59,683 nt of DNA. Origin: a virus. Its lineage: Duplodnaviria; Caudoviricetes. Made by a program: the position numbers and the translations under genes. The notes beneath the pieces were generated by a model, which was given only the letters and a program-made list of their open reading frames with translations, searched no databases and was not told the origin of the DNA. Each line of letters opens with the position of its first letter. Position 1 is the first letter of the stretch. Location: positions 1-59,683 of the IMG/VR virus record IMGVR_UViG_3300046806_000084, one strand, 5' to 3'. This document shows, in pieces, positions 17,208-28,160 of the stretch.

Positions 17208-17361
17208 AGATCTTCTTAAGGTGTTAGATGCTCTTCCAGAGACCGATGATACCAAACCTTTATTAGGCTGGATTACTATTAATGGTAATCTTTTTGAGGT
17301 TGACTTCAACGATCCAGATGACGAGGTATTAAAATTTTATAGAGAAAACAAAGGAGGCTAA
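17200..17361 (+). CDS. Hypothetical protein, last gene of + arm
   Basis: 53 aa; stop overlaps the convergent 17358 stop. Confidence 0.6.
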   Translation: MHEDLLKVLDALPETDDTKPLLGWITINGNLFEVDFNDPDDEVLKFYRENKGG

Positions 17362-20300
17362 TTGCCTCCTTTTTCTCTTGCTTTTCTTTTTATTTCGTCT
17401 AAGTTCTTTATTCCTCTAGACTTTATACTCTCCCTAAGAACCTCTATTTTCTTCATAGCTTCTTCCTGAGTTAAAGGAGTTTTATCTTCAATATCTTGAA
17501 ACTCTCCAGATTCAATCTGATACACAGCACTCTTACTATAACCAGCATCATCAGCTGATTGAGAAAGAACTAAAGGATCAGCTCCAAAGTATACAGCAGA
17601 ATCGAAATCTTTTTTATTTTCTTCTAGTATACCTCTAATACTTTCGTTAGATGTATTGTAAGCTTCTTTTAATTCTTCCTTTGTAATTTCCTTCTTTTCA
17701 AACTTTCTAAAGGCCTTGTTGTATATCTGTTTAGCCTTTAGTGTTTCCTCAAAGTTCTTTTTAGAATTAAAGTAATACTGCTTCTGGGTATCAACCTCTA
17801 TAACCTTGTATCCAAAAATTTGTCCAAGAGCATCATTTAATTTGTTTTCTGATTCAGATATCTTCTTTATACTGGTCAGAGTCCCTGGCTCAAATGTCTT
17901 CCAAGTTCTAGCCATTATTTTATTTATCTTATCTACTGGCTTATCGTAATCGTTGTATATTTCTCTTCCAAAGGCGTCCTTATTGTTTTTTATTTCTGAA
18001 ACTAAAGAGAACAATATATCCTCACTTAAATAAGGAGATGTAAATTCTTTTATAGACTCCGCAAGTCCGTCAACAAAATTATCTTCAGAACTAAATGCAT
18101 TTAAAGCTTTTGGTACCTGAGCTCTAGGGTCAGATGCGCTGAAGTCAATAAAAGAAAACTTACCTTCACCCATGTCTGTTATAACTATGTTAGAATTTTT
18201 AGACCATGGAGCTAAGAATCTCTTAGCCTTCTTATCTCTGCTTTCTTCATCATCCTCATCATCTAAACCATTTGCCGCTAAATAATACATTAATCCATAC
18301 TTTAATCCTTGAACAAGAGTTAATGCAAAAAATCTTTTAGCTCCTATTGCCTTTATTTTAGGGTTATCTGATTTCATCTCAGTAAACGCAAGAGCCACAG
18401 TATTGTATGAAGTTCTAAGTGATTCTAAAGAGAATGATATAAACGTACCAGCTACAGGTATAACCTTAAGCATTTTAGCTGAGTTAGGAATCCTTGAGTA
18501 GTTTGGAAGCGTGTTCTTAACTATTTCCTTAACATAATCAACAACATCCTTCTTCTCGTCTTGGTTTAAACTTTTAAAGTCTTTACCATAAAAAGCTTCT
18601 GAGTATTTTCTTTTTTCTGTTTCGTAAGCTACAATCTTAAAGAAATCATCCTCAGCTTGGTAAGCATTTTCAAGACCTTCCTTTACTCCTATTGTTTTAG
18701 CTTTTAAATACCTACCAAGTCTAGAGATTTTACTCTCACCTGGTCTGTTCATTCTTCTTTCAAAAGTCTTATCAAAGTCACCATCCTTAAACATGGACTT
18801 AATTTCATTTAATCCAACGTTTTGATTTATTATACCAGCATCAATGTATTCAAGTAATTTTTCTTGAAGGTCTTTTTTCCCTTTATTAAAAAGGTCGTTT
18901 CTTATTACAGAAAAAGACTTTCCATACTCATTGAAGTTAATATATCCATTAGATAACATAAAGTCAAGGTTACCAAAAATATTCTTACCGTGAGTAGCAA
19001 CAGAACCAATAGTCTTTAACCATTTTACAGATCTAAGCGCCTTCATGTAGTATTCGTAACCCTTGAATTGGTTTACAGCGTTTGCTAAAGACTTTACTTT
19101 TGAGCTTTTATTAAACTCGTCAGCTATTTCTTTAGTTGTCATTAGTCCTCCAAGAGGATCAAATGTTTTAGTAGAATCAGCAGCAATCTTTGTATTAAAC
19201 TCTTTAGGTTTATTCACATCTCCTTCTTCAAAGAATATGGTACCCATACCGTTCTTTTTAAGGTCATTTAAAAACTTGGTATTATAGGCAAGGTTAGCCA
19301 TCTTGTAAACAGTATTCGCATAGTTTTGAATTGGATCTGTGTACTCTCCCATTAAGGCTCTTATCTCTAATGGTATATCCATCTTTTGTTTTAGTATAGA
19401 CAAGTCTTTAGAACCTTCTTTTCCTGAGTTTACAAAAGCATTTTCGACATCTCTATCAAGTATTTTACTTATCTGTTCATCTACCATCTTGTTAAGAACG
19501 TCCTCCTTAGTAAGCCCTTCTTTTTTTGCTGTATCTTCAGCTACTTTAGAGAACTCATTTCTAAAGAAATCTCTAGCCTTATCTACATTCTCTTGCTTAA
19601 CTTTTTTAGCCCAGTCTTTATTATCAAAAACCTCATAAGCTCTAGTCATGTAAGAGCCTATATTCTGTCTAATATTTTCAGCTGACTCAGCTGGCAAAGC
19701 TCCAAGATCTATAAGCATCTGAGATAAACCGTCTATTTGGTTTCTCATTATATCACCAACAGCTTTAAATTCTGAAGGCAAGACTTTTGACTTATCACCT
19801 CTTATATACAAATCAAAGTCAACCAATAAAGCCTCCTTATCACCTTGGTATTTAGAAAGTAGTTCGTCAAATCTTCTTGATGTATTAGATACTAATTTAG
19901 CTTGAACCTCTATCTTTGAAGCCTTGTCTTCAACCGCTAAGAATACAGACTTAGGCATGAACCCTCTAGCTGAAGCTAGTCTTCTTCTAATGTTACCTAA
20001 GAAGTTTTTAATCTTAGTGTTGGCATCCTTTAAAAATATACCATCCTCTTTCTGAGCTTTCTGTATTTCTTTTTTATTATAATCTAGTAAGCCTTTAGAA
20101 GCCTGCTCAGCAGTATACCCGTTATTTTGTAGGTACTGTGAAATAGCAGCGTCAGAGAAACCAGCCTGCTTAGCGGATTTTATCTTGTTAGATATAACGC
20201 TTGTTTGTTTTTTACCTGATGGTTCATTAAACGTACCAGACATTATAGATACTTGGCCTACAGCATAAGGTTTACCTGTACTAGTTGTAATTGTTTTTGA

Positions 20301-23300
20301 CCCGTTTTCTCTGTTTTTTAAAAGATGTAAAACAGGCTTGTTTCCATTAACTTGTACAATATGAAATGGATAACTAGGATGTGAATCTTTTTTCTTTTTT
20401 ACTTCTCCGTTTACTTCTATTATAGCATAAACATCTCCAACATTCAAACCTTTAGTTAGTTCTTCAGAAGCTACTCCAGCTATTAAATCTGCAAGTGACT
20501 CCGATGTTTTTGTTTTATCTTTACCTAATTTTTTAGTATTATCACCGCCTAAAAGATCTATTATTTTTTTAAAGTTTTCTTTAATACTTTTAGATTGTGA
20601 TAATCTACCAATTAAATCCTTTATTACATTACCCCTAGTTTCAAACGTACTAGTTGAAGGGTCAGAAAAATAGTTTTCAATATCAGTTTTTAATTGTTTA
20701 GATTCAGAGCTTAACTTAATAAACCCTTTACTTGACTCAGATATTTTTTTAGCTTTTTCTTTAATACCCTGCATTGCGTCAGCAGGTAATTTATCTCCTT
20801 TAGATAACTTGTTTTCTTTCTTGTATTTTTTTATTTGTTCATTGACACTAATATTAAATACTTCTTTTTTTACAGATTCAGATACAGCTTTTCTAAAATC
20901 AGACAAACTTACAAGGCCTTTATCTAGCATAGTTTCAAGTATAGATAAACTTGAATTAACACCAGAAACACTACTGATTAATTTAGAATCAGATCCTTTT
21001 GTAAGTACAAGGTATCCTTTTTTATTATCGTTATTTTCTAAAGATTTATTAATAGCTCCTACAAGAGTATTAGCTGTGCCTTCATTTCCAGAGGCCCATA
21101 CATCACCATACTTTGTAACGAAGAAGACTCCTCCTCCTCCTTCAAATATTTCCTTACCGTCTATACTTATGCTTCCAACAAGCATATCGTCTGGTGAAGT
21201 TATAGCAACACTGTTACCAGACATAAAGTCTGTATTTTCAGGCTCTGTAACTAGTCCTTTTTTTATTAATTCATCAAGCTTTTCTTGCTCAGTATATTTA
21301 ACATCAAAAGCTCCTACTTGTCTTCTTTTTAATAATGAAACTGGAGACTTAATCTTCTTACCTGTTTCTAATACCTTTACATCAGACTGAGTAACCTCCT
21401 GTCCAGTCGCTACCTTTTGTGATAGTGTATTAAAGAAATCAACTACCTCGTTATCTGTGAATGGTTTAAATCCAAACATCTTAGCCAGCGCATCCATCCA
21501 TCTTTTTATAAGACTCTGTGATTGCTTAGGTAATGTATCGTAGTTAGCTGCAAGGTAACCGAATAACTCTGCTGCCTTCTCTTCGTTCTTAATATTCTCG
21601 TCGTAAGATGCAACAAAGTTTTCTAAGTACTCCTTTAAGTCAGGGTTATTATCAAGCTGCTTACTAAGCGCATTAATCATTCTTTTTGTTATGTCAGCCG
21701 CCTTAACATCGGTACCAACCATATTTATAAGTACAGCATGAAACACCTCGTGAGCTACTGTTGTCTTTGTAGCAGCACGCTTGTTTATGTGTATCGTATT
21801 TGTGCTTGACATGTAAGTTCCTCCAGACTCTACGTCCTCATCACCTACAGCCTTTGTATACGAATCATAGCTATCATGAATAACAAACTTCACATTAGGA
21901 AGTATGTTAGCCAATGCAGCCTTAGCGTTCTCAACCGCCTTGTTTATATCCGTAGAGAATAGGTTTGATATCTCCTCAACCTCCTGCTCTATTGTTTTTT
22001 CTTTAGACACAATATCAGAAAGCACCCTGCTATCTGGCATATGGAAGAACTTAGGATCAAACTTACCCCACAACTCTGTACCATGCACAATTCCTTGACC
22101 ATCAACCATTTGGGATATTCCCATCTGCTCTGTTGCGACAAGAAGGTTCTGCATCTCAGCATCTGTAAGTGGTCTAGATATTTTTAAAATAGTCGTAGGC
22201 TCTATACTTATTTTTCCGTCAAAGTTACTCTCAACATCCTTAACAAGCTCCTCTGATATTTCAACATCATCTGGTAAGGCCTCCTTAATTTCTTCAATAG
22301 TAAGCATCTCTCCATCCTTTCCAATTTCCATACCTATGTTTAGGTAGTTACCCTCTGGAGCTCCTTCAACAGTAACAACCTCGGTCTTCATGTATGACCT
22401 TCTCTTACCTTGTCTTTGCTTATCTACTTTGTTGTACTCATCCTTTAAATCTTGAGGTAAGTCAGACTCGTTTACAAGCTTAGTTATTTCCTCTCTGCTT
22501 AAACTAGACGTGCTTAATTTATACAAAGCATCATAATTCTGCTGAGAGTTTCTGTACTTGTATATCTTGTCGTATATCTTTTGAAACTTAGAATCCTTAG
22601 ATTCAGGAACTATAGATACAAATCCTTTTTTAGTATTTGACTTATACTCCTCATCAAATGTTTTTGTAACCTGTTCTCCTTTAGATACTTGAGTATCTGT
22701 TGGCGTTAATTCTTTAGTTGTTTGAGCCCTTGTTTTTCCTCCCCAATCAGCGACAACCATGTCATAACCATTCTCTCCAGCTATCTTTGTGATATACGCC
22801 AGTTGAGAGTTAGCGTCAAAAGCCTTACCAGGATTCTCTGCCTCGTGTCTTTTTTCTGCTTCCTCTAAATAATTATTCTCGTCAGTATTGAAATCGTAAA
22901 CCTTATCAATAGGAACCTTTACAGCGTACTTGCCTGGCCCTTTAACCATTGTCTCTCCATCCTCTGGTCTAGTATAATACATAGCAACGCCTCCGACCTT
23001 ACCAATAGCGGCAGCCTCATCCCTAGATGTTCTAGTGCTTTGTCCACTTGACGGCTTTATTGTTTCGTATCCAGCATCACCAACGTGAAAGAACACAGCG
23101 TTTCCTTCTTCGTCCTGAGTAAGGTTAGCAAAGTTTGAAGACTTCTCAGGAGTTATCACACTCATCTGATTAACTGGTTCCGCAACCTTAACGTTAAACA
23201 CGTCAGGCATTTCCCCTGTTAATTTTTTAGGATCTAATTTATTGCTTGATATTAAATTAGAAAGTTCGCCATCGTGTATAAACGCAGCGAACTCTTCTGT

Positions 23301-23342
23301 GGTATATTTCTTACCATTATATAAAACACAAGGACCAGCCAT
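17358..23342 (-). CDS. Giant internal virion/ejection protein, polyvalent (ART-like, SAM-lyase-like, zincin)
   Basis: 1994 aa at the end of the structural operon; FH...YYT...YD...GYD ART-like motifs (aa ~82-200); NIGM...FDGK...EPT...EQ domain (aa ~333-433); HEVFH (aa 531). Confidence 0.75.
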   Translation of the reverse strand: MAGPCVLYNGKKYTTEEFAAFIHDGELSNLISSNKLDPKKLTGEMPDVFNVKVAEPVNQMSVITPEKSSNFANLTQDEEGNAVFFHVGDAGYETIKPSSGQSTRTSRDEAAAIGKVGGVAMYYTRPEDGETMVKGPGKYAVKVPIDKVYDFNTDENNYLEEAEKRHEAENPGKAFDANSQLAYITKIAGENGYDMVVADWGGKTRAQTTKELTPTDTQVSKGEQVTKTFDEEYKSNTKKGFVSIVPESKDSKFQKIYDKIYKYRNSQQNYDALYKLSTSSLSREEITKLVNESDLPQDLKDEYNKVDKQRQGKRRSYMKTEVVTVEGAPEGNYLNIGMEIGKDGEMLTIEEIKEALPDDVEISEELVKDVESNFDGKISIEPTTILKISRPLTDAEMQNLLVATEQMGISQMVDGQGIVHGTELWGKFDPKFFHMPDSRVLSDIVSKEKTIEQEVEEISNLFSTDINKAVENAKAALANILPNVKFVIHDSYDSYTKAVGDEDVESGGTYMSSTNTIHINKRAATKTTVAHEVFHAVLINMVGTDVKAADITKRMINALSKQLDNNPDLKEYLENFVASYDENIKNEEKAAELFGYLAANYDTLPKQSQSLIKRWMDALAKMFGFKPFTDNEVVDFFNTLSQKVATGQEVTQSDVKVLETGKKIKSPVSLLKRRQVGAFDVKYTEQEKLDELIKKGLVTEPENTDFMSGNSVAITSPDDMLVGSISIDGKEIFEGGGGVFFVTKYGDVWASGNEGTANTLVGAINKSLENNDNKKGYLVLTKGSDSKLISSVSGVNSSLSILETMLDKGLVSLSDFRKAVSESVKKEVFNISVNEQIKKYKKENKLSKGDKLPADAMQGIKEKAKKISESSKGFIKLSSESKQLKTDIENYFSDPSTSTFETRGNVIKDLIGRLSQSKSIKENFKKIIDLLGGDNTKKLGKDKTKTSESLADLIAGVASEELTKGLNVGDVYAIIEVNGEVKKKKDSHPSYPFHIVQVNGNKPVLHLLKNRENGSKTITTSTGKPYAVGQVSIMSGTFNEPSGKKQTSVISNKIKSAKQAGFSDAAISQYLQNNGYTAEQASKGLLDYNKKEIQKAQKEDGIFLKDANTKIKNFLGNIRRRLASARGFMPKSVFLAVEDKASKIEVQAKLVSNTSRRFDELLSKYQGDKEALLVDFDLYIRGDKSKVLPSEFKAVGDIMRNQIDGLSQMLIDLGALPAESAENIRQNIGSYMTRAYEVFDNKDWAKKVKQENVDKARDFFRNEFSKVAEDTAKKEGLTKEDVLNKMVDEQISKILDRDVENAFVNSGKEGSKDLSILKQKMDIPLEIRALMGEYTDPIQNYANTVYKMANLAYNTKFLNDLKKNGMGTIFFEEGDVNKPKEFNTKIAADSTKTFDPLGGLMTTKEIADEFNKSSKVKSLANAVNQFKGYEYYMKALRSVKWLKTIGSVATHGKNIFGNLDFMLSNGYINFNEYGKSFSVIRNDLFNKGKKDLQEKLLEYIDAGIINQNVGLNEIKSMFKDGDFDKTFERRMNRPGESKISRLGRYLKAKTIGVKEGLENAYQAEDDFFKIVAYETEKRKYSEAFYGKDFKSLNQDEKKDVVDYVKEIVKNTLPNYSRIPNSAKMLKVIPVAGTFISFSLESLRTSYNTVALAFTEMKSDNPKIKAIGAKRFFALTLVQGLKYGLMYYLAANGLDDEDDEESRDKKAKRFLAPWSKNSNIVITDMGEGKFSFIDFSASDPRAQVPKALNAFSSEDNFVDGLAESIKEFTSPYLSEDILFSLVSEIKNNKDAFGREIYNDYDKPVDKINKIMARTWKTFEPGTLTSIKKISESENKLNDALGQIFGYKVIEVDTQKQYYFNSKKNFEETLKAKQIYNKAFRKFEKKEITKEELKEAYNTSNESIRGILEENKKDFDSAVYFGADPLVLSQSADDAGYSKSAVYQIESGEFQDIEDKTPLTQEEAMKKIEVLRESIKSRGIKNLDEIKRKAREKGGN

Positions 23343-23344
23343 TA

Positions 23345-23863
23345 TTAGAATAAATTTTCTTCTATTAATAACATCTCAAACTTACTGTCTGCATTGGTTC
23401 CTTCAAGGATATTAAGCATATCACTATAAGCAGCAACAGCGTCTGTTTGGTTTTTTCTGTATGCTTGCAAGAAGTCAAAAGTATTAATTTCACCCATCTT
23501 TAAAATATCAACAGATGATTCCTCGTACAGCTCATATAACTCATACTCATTCTTATACGAAAGCTCAACCGTTTCAGCTAAATTTTTAAATTCTAATACA
23601 GGTGTTTTGATTATAGGAAGAGACGGAGTAACATTCCAATCAACAAGGTACTTCTCAATACCTCTTGCGTGCTCAAGTTCTTCATTACTTTCAGCTAAAA
23701 AGTAATCAGCAGCCTTATTAAACCCAATACCTCTACACCAGTTGCTTGCAGCTTGGTAAAAGTAATGATGGTTGTACTCGTTCTGAAGTCTTGACGTTAA
23801 TATATCTACTACTTCCTTGTCTAAAATCTCTGGTTTTAACATAATTTTATTTTTAACATTCAA
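23345..23863 (-). CDS. Ferritin-like protein
   Basis: Four-helix pattern: QNE...FYQAASNWC...EELEHA...KNE...FDFLQ...NQ; start may be 23842. Confidence 0.85.
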   Translation of the reverse strand: MNVKNKIMLKPEILDKEVVDILTSRLQNEYNHHYFYQAASNWCRGIGFNKAADYFLAESNEELEHARGIEKYLVDWNVTPSLPIIKTPVLEFKNLAETVELSYKNEYELYELYEESSVDILKMGEINTFDFLQAYRKNQTDAVAAYSDMLNILEGTNADSKFEMLLIEENLF

Positions 23864-26627
23864 CTCGTTGTGCTCCTTCTACAGAGTCTATTATTGTATC
23901 TAAATTTTGACTAACAAACGCTACCGTTGGATTGTTTTTAAGCAACCTGTTCTTTTGTTTTGTTGTTTCGGTAGCCTGTAATTGCTCAAACAAAGGTAAT
24001 GAATTTTCTTGAATATTTTCTACCTCTTCTTTTTTCTTTGTTTTTAAAGATTCCTTGTAAACATTTTCTACCTCGTTTCTTTTTTCTTGTATTTGATCGT
24101 CAATCTGAGGGTGAAATGATTTGTCTAATGTTTTTTTACTATCCTCTAAATCTTGAATATCACTAAGCTTTCGCATTACGTCAAGCTGAATATTAGGATC
24201 CGTATCCTTAGGTATTCTTGTCACTCCTCTAGATACAGCTATAGCGTCTTTTTTTACATTATCGACATCCTCTTGAGTAATTACTTTATTACTTACCATT
24301 TCGTTTAGATTTGCATCTAATACATCCATGTTTTGAGATAACTGGTATAGATTTCGTATCTGTGTTTTTTTATTTCCAGAAAAAGAAGGCATTTTTAAGT
24401 TAGCAGTAGTTCCTCCAGATAAAAAAGATAATATAGAAGTGTTTATAAAGTCATCGTAAGACATTGTCTCGTCAGATATTTCCTTTCCTGCTTCTATATT
24501 TTTTTGTGCGTTTATCCAATAAGTATCACCTCCTTGTTGTATATTTTCTTGAGCAAATTCCTTACCTCCTTCTTCTCCAAAAGCAACTGCTTTTTTAGGT
24601 AATTCCTTAAGCCCTTGGTTAAGAGTAGATATAAATCCTTGCTTACCGTTTGTTTTATATGCGTTTACTGCTTTTTTAATTAAACTTTTTTCTGCTGAGC
24701 CAAACAAAGATTCTACAGCCTTTGTTTGTGGAGATATAATAGATGTAGCGCCGTACCATACTGCTGTTCTTTGAGCTGCATCTCCAGCTATTTGTTCTGC
24801 TTCTTTATCTGTTAATCCAGCGTCTCTAGCTTCTTTTAAAGTTGTTTGATAAGCCTGTGCATAACCAAGAGAAGATTGAGCTATAATGGCATCAGCAGTC
24901 CCTTTTGGTATAGATAGTTTACTAAGCCCTTTTGTTAAAAAACCTGAGCCTTTTGTAACCCTACCAACAGTAGCCTGCCAAGCAATTTGCCAAACCATAT
25001 CCCCAACAACAGAACCTGCCTGAACAGCTGTGCCTTGTGGGCTAAAAAACCAGTCCTCTTCTTTTGATTTTTTAGCGTCTTCTAGTATTTTATTTGCAGA
25101 GGATTGATCTATTAAATCATTTACTATTAATTCATTGTCCTTGTCATATATAGTGCCTTTTTCATCTACAAGGTACTTTTTACCTTTTAAACCAACTACT
25201 TTACCACTAGCAAAAGAAACCTGTCTTTCTGAAGGTCTTTCTAATTGTCTTTCTTCGTTTAAATACCTTAGTTCTTCAGCTGCTTCTTCAGCTCCTACAA
25301 CATCGTATATTGTTGTAGCTGATTTATTTACGGCATCTAAAAAAGAATTAAAACCTCCTTCTAAAGTGTTTTTAGCTCCTAACCATAAAGAATTTAGACC
25401 AGAATTATCATTAGTTAATTCTTGATATTTTTCTTTATTTATTTGATCTTTTTCTTTTAATTTTTGAGTTAAAACAGGAAGGTTTTCTTCTGAGTAATAA
25501 GCTATTAGATTATTATCAAATACTTTTGCATTTTTATTCACAGGTATTTTTTTACCTTCGTAACTACCTTTTACAGATTGCAATTTACTTTTTAAAACCC
25601 CTCTCTCATTTAGAGTAGATATGTAGTTTGATAGTAATTTTTTCTTGTATAATTCTTCAGCTAATCTAGCGTCAGAAACTTTCATTAAACCTCTAGATTC
25701 AGGATCAAAATCTCCTCTTTGTTTCCTTTTGTTGTACTGTTCTTTAAAGCCAGATTGATTTAAGTAACCGTCAAAATCAGCTGGATTAATACCGATTTTT
25801 AATAATTTTTCATCACTAAATAAATCATCTACAAAAGTATCTTTTTGTAATCCGTCTGTCTCTAGTCTATTATATGTAGATGCAGATAAGTATGGAGTAG
25901 GGTTGTCTAGATCAAGATTTTTATATTCTTGTTCTATTTTTTCTTTAGAAGGAATACCTATTGTTTCAAGTAAGCTTTTTTGCGGAACAAGTTCTTTTCC
26001 GTCTAAACCTATTTGTGTTTGTGGATTTAAAAATGGATTTATATTTTCTTTTACTGGTTCTTGCTTGTAAGATTCTTCAAAAATACTTTCGGTTTTTAAA
26101 GCATTTGGATTTCCTTTAGTTAACTTACCTTTTTTAATAGCTTGAGTATATTTCTTAGCAAATTCAACATTAGCTTTTTCCTCTGGAGATTTCTGTAATG
26201 TGCTTGTCAAATTTTTTAACTCCTCTTCAGACAAGTCGTTAATCGATCGCATTTTACCCCCACTTGAAGAAGCCGAAGGCTGAGCTTGTCCCTGTGCTCC
26301 TGTACCCGATGAAGATTTTACAGGTTGCTGAACAGGTTTCGAACCCAAAGCTTGATTTGCTTGAGTACCATCTGTAGACCCTTTTTTTTTTACACCAGCT
26401 TCTTTTAAGTATTCATCAAAAGACAAGCCGCTTTTTTTAGCATAAGATTCAAGCGTTTTTTTGTCGTAATTTTTACCTCCAAGGGAGTAGTTTTTTTGAC
26501 TAGCCTGACTTAATTTTGCTCCAGATTCTTTAATGTAATCATTCAAAGATAAGCCGCTTTTTTTAGCGTAAGAATTAAGGTCAGACGCTTTATATATTTT
26601 ACCGTTTAAGATGTATTCTTCTTCCAT
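23853..26627 (-). CDS. Internal virion/ejection protein
   Basis: 924 aa, helical, duplicated N-terminal YxLxGKxY...YAKKSGLS repeat, EGGKEFAQE motif; podovirus ejection-gene position. Confidence 0.65.
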   Translation of the reverse strand: MEEEYILNGKIYKASDLNSYAKKSGLSLNDYIKESGAKLSQASQKNYSLGGKNYDKKTLESYAKKSGLSFDEYLKEAGVKKKGSTDGTQANQALGSKPVQQPVKSSSGTGAQGQAQPSASSSGGKMRSINDLSEEELKNLTSTLQKSPEEKANVEFAKKYTQAIKKGKLTKGNPNALKTESIFEESYKQEPVKENINPFLNPQTQIGLDGKELVPQKSLLETIGIPSKEKIEQEYKNLDLDNPTPYLSASTYNRLETDGLQKDTFVDDLFSDEKLLKIGINPADFDGYLNQSGFKEQYNKRKQRGDFDPESRGLMKVSDARLAEELYKKKLLSNYISTLNERGVLKSKLQSVKGSYEGKKIPVNKNAKVFDNNLIAYYSEENLPVLTQKLKEKDQINKEKYQELTNDNSGLNSLWLGAKNTLEGGFNSFLDAVNKSATTIYDVVGAEEAAEELRYLNEERQLERPSERQVSFASGKVVGLKGKKYLVDEKGTIYDKDNELIVNDLIDQSSANKILEDAKKSKEEDWFFSPQGTAVQAGSVVGDMVWQIAWQATVGRVTKGSGFLTKGLSKLSIPKGTADAIIAQSSLGYAQAYQTTLKEARDAGLTDKEAEQIAGDAAQRTAVWYGATSIISPQTKAVESLFGSAEKSLIKKAVNAYKTNGKQGFISTLNQGLKELPKKAVAFGEEGGKEFAQENIQQGGDTYWINAQKNIEAGKEISDETMSYDDFINTSILSFLSGGTTANLKMPSFSGNKKTQIRNLYQLSQNMDVLDANLNEMVSNKVITQEDVDNVKKDAIAVSRGVTRIPKDTDPNIQLDVMRKLSDIQDLEDSKKTLDKSFHPQIDDQIQEKRNEVENVYKESLKTKKKEEVENIQENSLPLFEQLQATETTKQKNRLLKNNPTVAFVSQNLDTIIDSVEGAQRVEC

Positions 26628-26639
26628 TATTAAATTTTA

Positions 26640-28160
26640 TTATTTTGGTATAAATATTGTTTTACCAGTTTTACCTTTGGCTTTTTTACTAGCAGGCGCA
26701 GCAGTAGACCCATATACAGGTAACTTTACACCTCTACTTTCTTGAAGATACATTCTTAATTCTTCGTCAGAACCAAATCCAGCTCTACTTCTAAAGTTAG
26801 CGTAACTAGTAGGACTATATAATCTTTTGTCTTTTTTATCTCCTGATAATCTAGGAGTTATCTTTTCACCGTAGTAAATAAATGTTTTAGGCGTTGTTTG
26901 ACTAGATGAAAAACTAGTAGAACCTCCTTCTGCTCCTAAGTTTTCTTTTGAATTATATCTAACAACCTTAACAAAGTGTCTTCCGTCTTCATCAATACCT
27001 GCATTTACAACCTTCTCTATAAACCCTGAATTTGTTTTTACACCAACTGGGTCGTTAATAATAGCTACAGCTCCATTCTGTTTACCTGGAACTCTAATAG
27101 GATTTACCTGAGTTATTGTTGGAGGCGGATTCTTGTCTTCTTTTGGAGCAGCTGCCGCTCTAGGTTGTCTAGGAGTAGGTAATGTAACCTCTTGCTCGAA
27201 AGGCATCTGGTTATCTAAAGCCTTACCAACAATAAACTTAGCGTCCTCTATCTTTTTTGCGTCTTTCTCTGGGTCAAGAATTACTTCGAAATTACCTCCA
27301 GTGCTTTTAACTAAAACAGCTAAGGGGTTTGATTCAGCTTCTTTTTGGTCTGTTGTTAAGAAATAACCTTTACCGCTTGAATTAACAAGAACATCAGCTA
27401 TTCTTCTATCGTTTGACAAGATAAAGTCCTGAGTTGCTTTTTTAATTTCGCCATAAGACCCTGTTCTAGTTGCGTCCTCTAGTGACGTGATACCGTTGTC
27501 AGTAATAAACTTAGCCACCTTAGCCCCAGAGAATTTACTAACCTCATCAGGCAGGTTTACTCTAGGAGCAGCGTTAACCTGTGCGCTATTTATGGAATTA
27601 ATATCCATTATTGATGATTCAATTATTTTACCATTTTCATCATAATCAGCCACAGCCATAGCTCCTGTGTTAGGCTCTGTGTATATTTTTTTATTTTTTA
27701 AGTTTTGTAGCGTTCCTATTTTATCAGCCATTAAACTAGTTAAGGCATCTTGAGTATTACTTTGTATAGCATCAATTAAAACCTTATCATTTGCAGCTCT
27801 GTTCTTTACAACTCCGTTTAAAGCTCCCCAATTGTTTTTTAATGCTTGTGTTTTAGAAGCATAGTCTTGTCTAGACATTTTACCACTAGTCAACTGCTTA
27901 TACCATTCTCCTTGAAGTCTTTTATTTTCAAATATAGCGTTAGTCAGCTCTTTATTTACAGACTGGTCAGCGCCTAAATCAGCCTTACCAAGTAATTCTA
28001 AGTTATCCTCGGTTAGCTTTCTATCGTCAGATCTCTTTTGTTGTCTATCAGCTTGTATCTTATCTAGATCACTACCAAGTTTTGTTGCAACTGTAGCCCA
28101 ATCCAGTGTTGGATTAGCTGCTACTTCACTTGAATCTTTAAATCCGTAGTACTCTGCCAT
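26640..28160 (-). CDS. Internal virion/ejection protein
   Basis: 506 aa, position in structural operon. Confidence 0.6.
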   Translation of the reverse strand: MAEYYGFKDSSEVAANPTLDWATVATKLGSDLDKIQADRQQKRSDDRKLTEDNLELLGKADLGADQSVNKELTNAIFENKRLQGEWYKQLTSGKMSRQDYASKTQALKNNWGALNGVVKNRAANDKVLIDAIQSNTQDALTSLMADKIGTLQNLKNKKIYTEPNTGAMAVADYDENGKIIESSIMDINSINSAQVNAAPRVNLPDEVSKFSGAKVAKFITDNGITSLEDATRTGSYGEIKKATQDFILSNDRRIADVLVNSSGKGYFLTTDQKEAESNPLAVLVKSTGGNFEVILDPEKDAKKIEDAKFIVGKALDNQMPFEQEVTLPTPRQPRAAAAPKEDKNPPPTITQVNPIRVPGKQNGAVAIINDPVGVKTNSGFIEKVVNAGIDEDGRHFVKVVRYNSKENLGAEGGSTSFSSSQTTPKTFIYYGEKITPRLSGDKKDKRLYSPTSYANFRSRAGFGSDEELRMYLQESRGVKLPVYGSTAAPASKKAKGKTGKTIFIPK

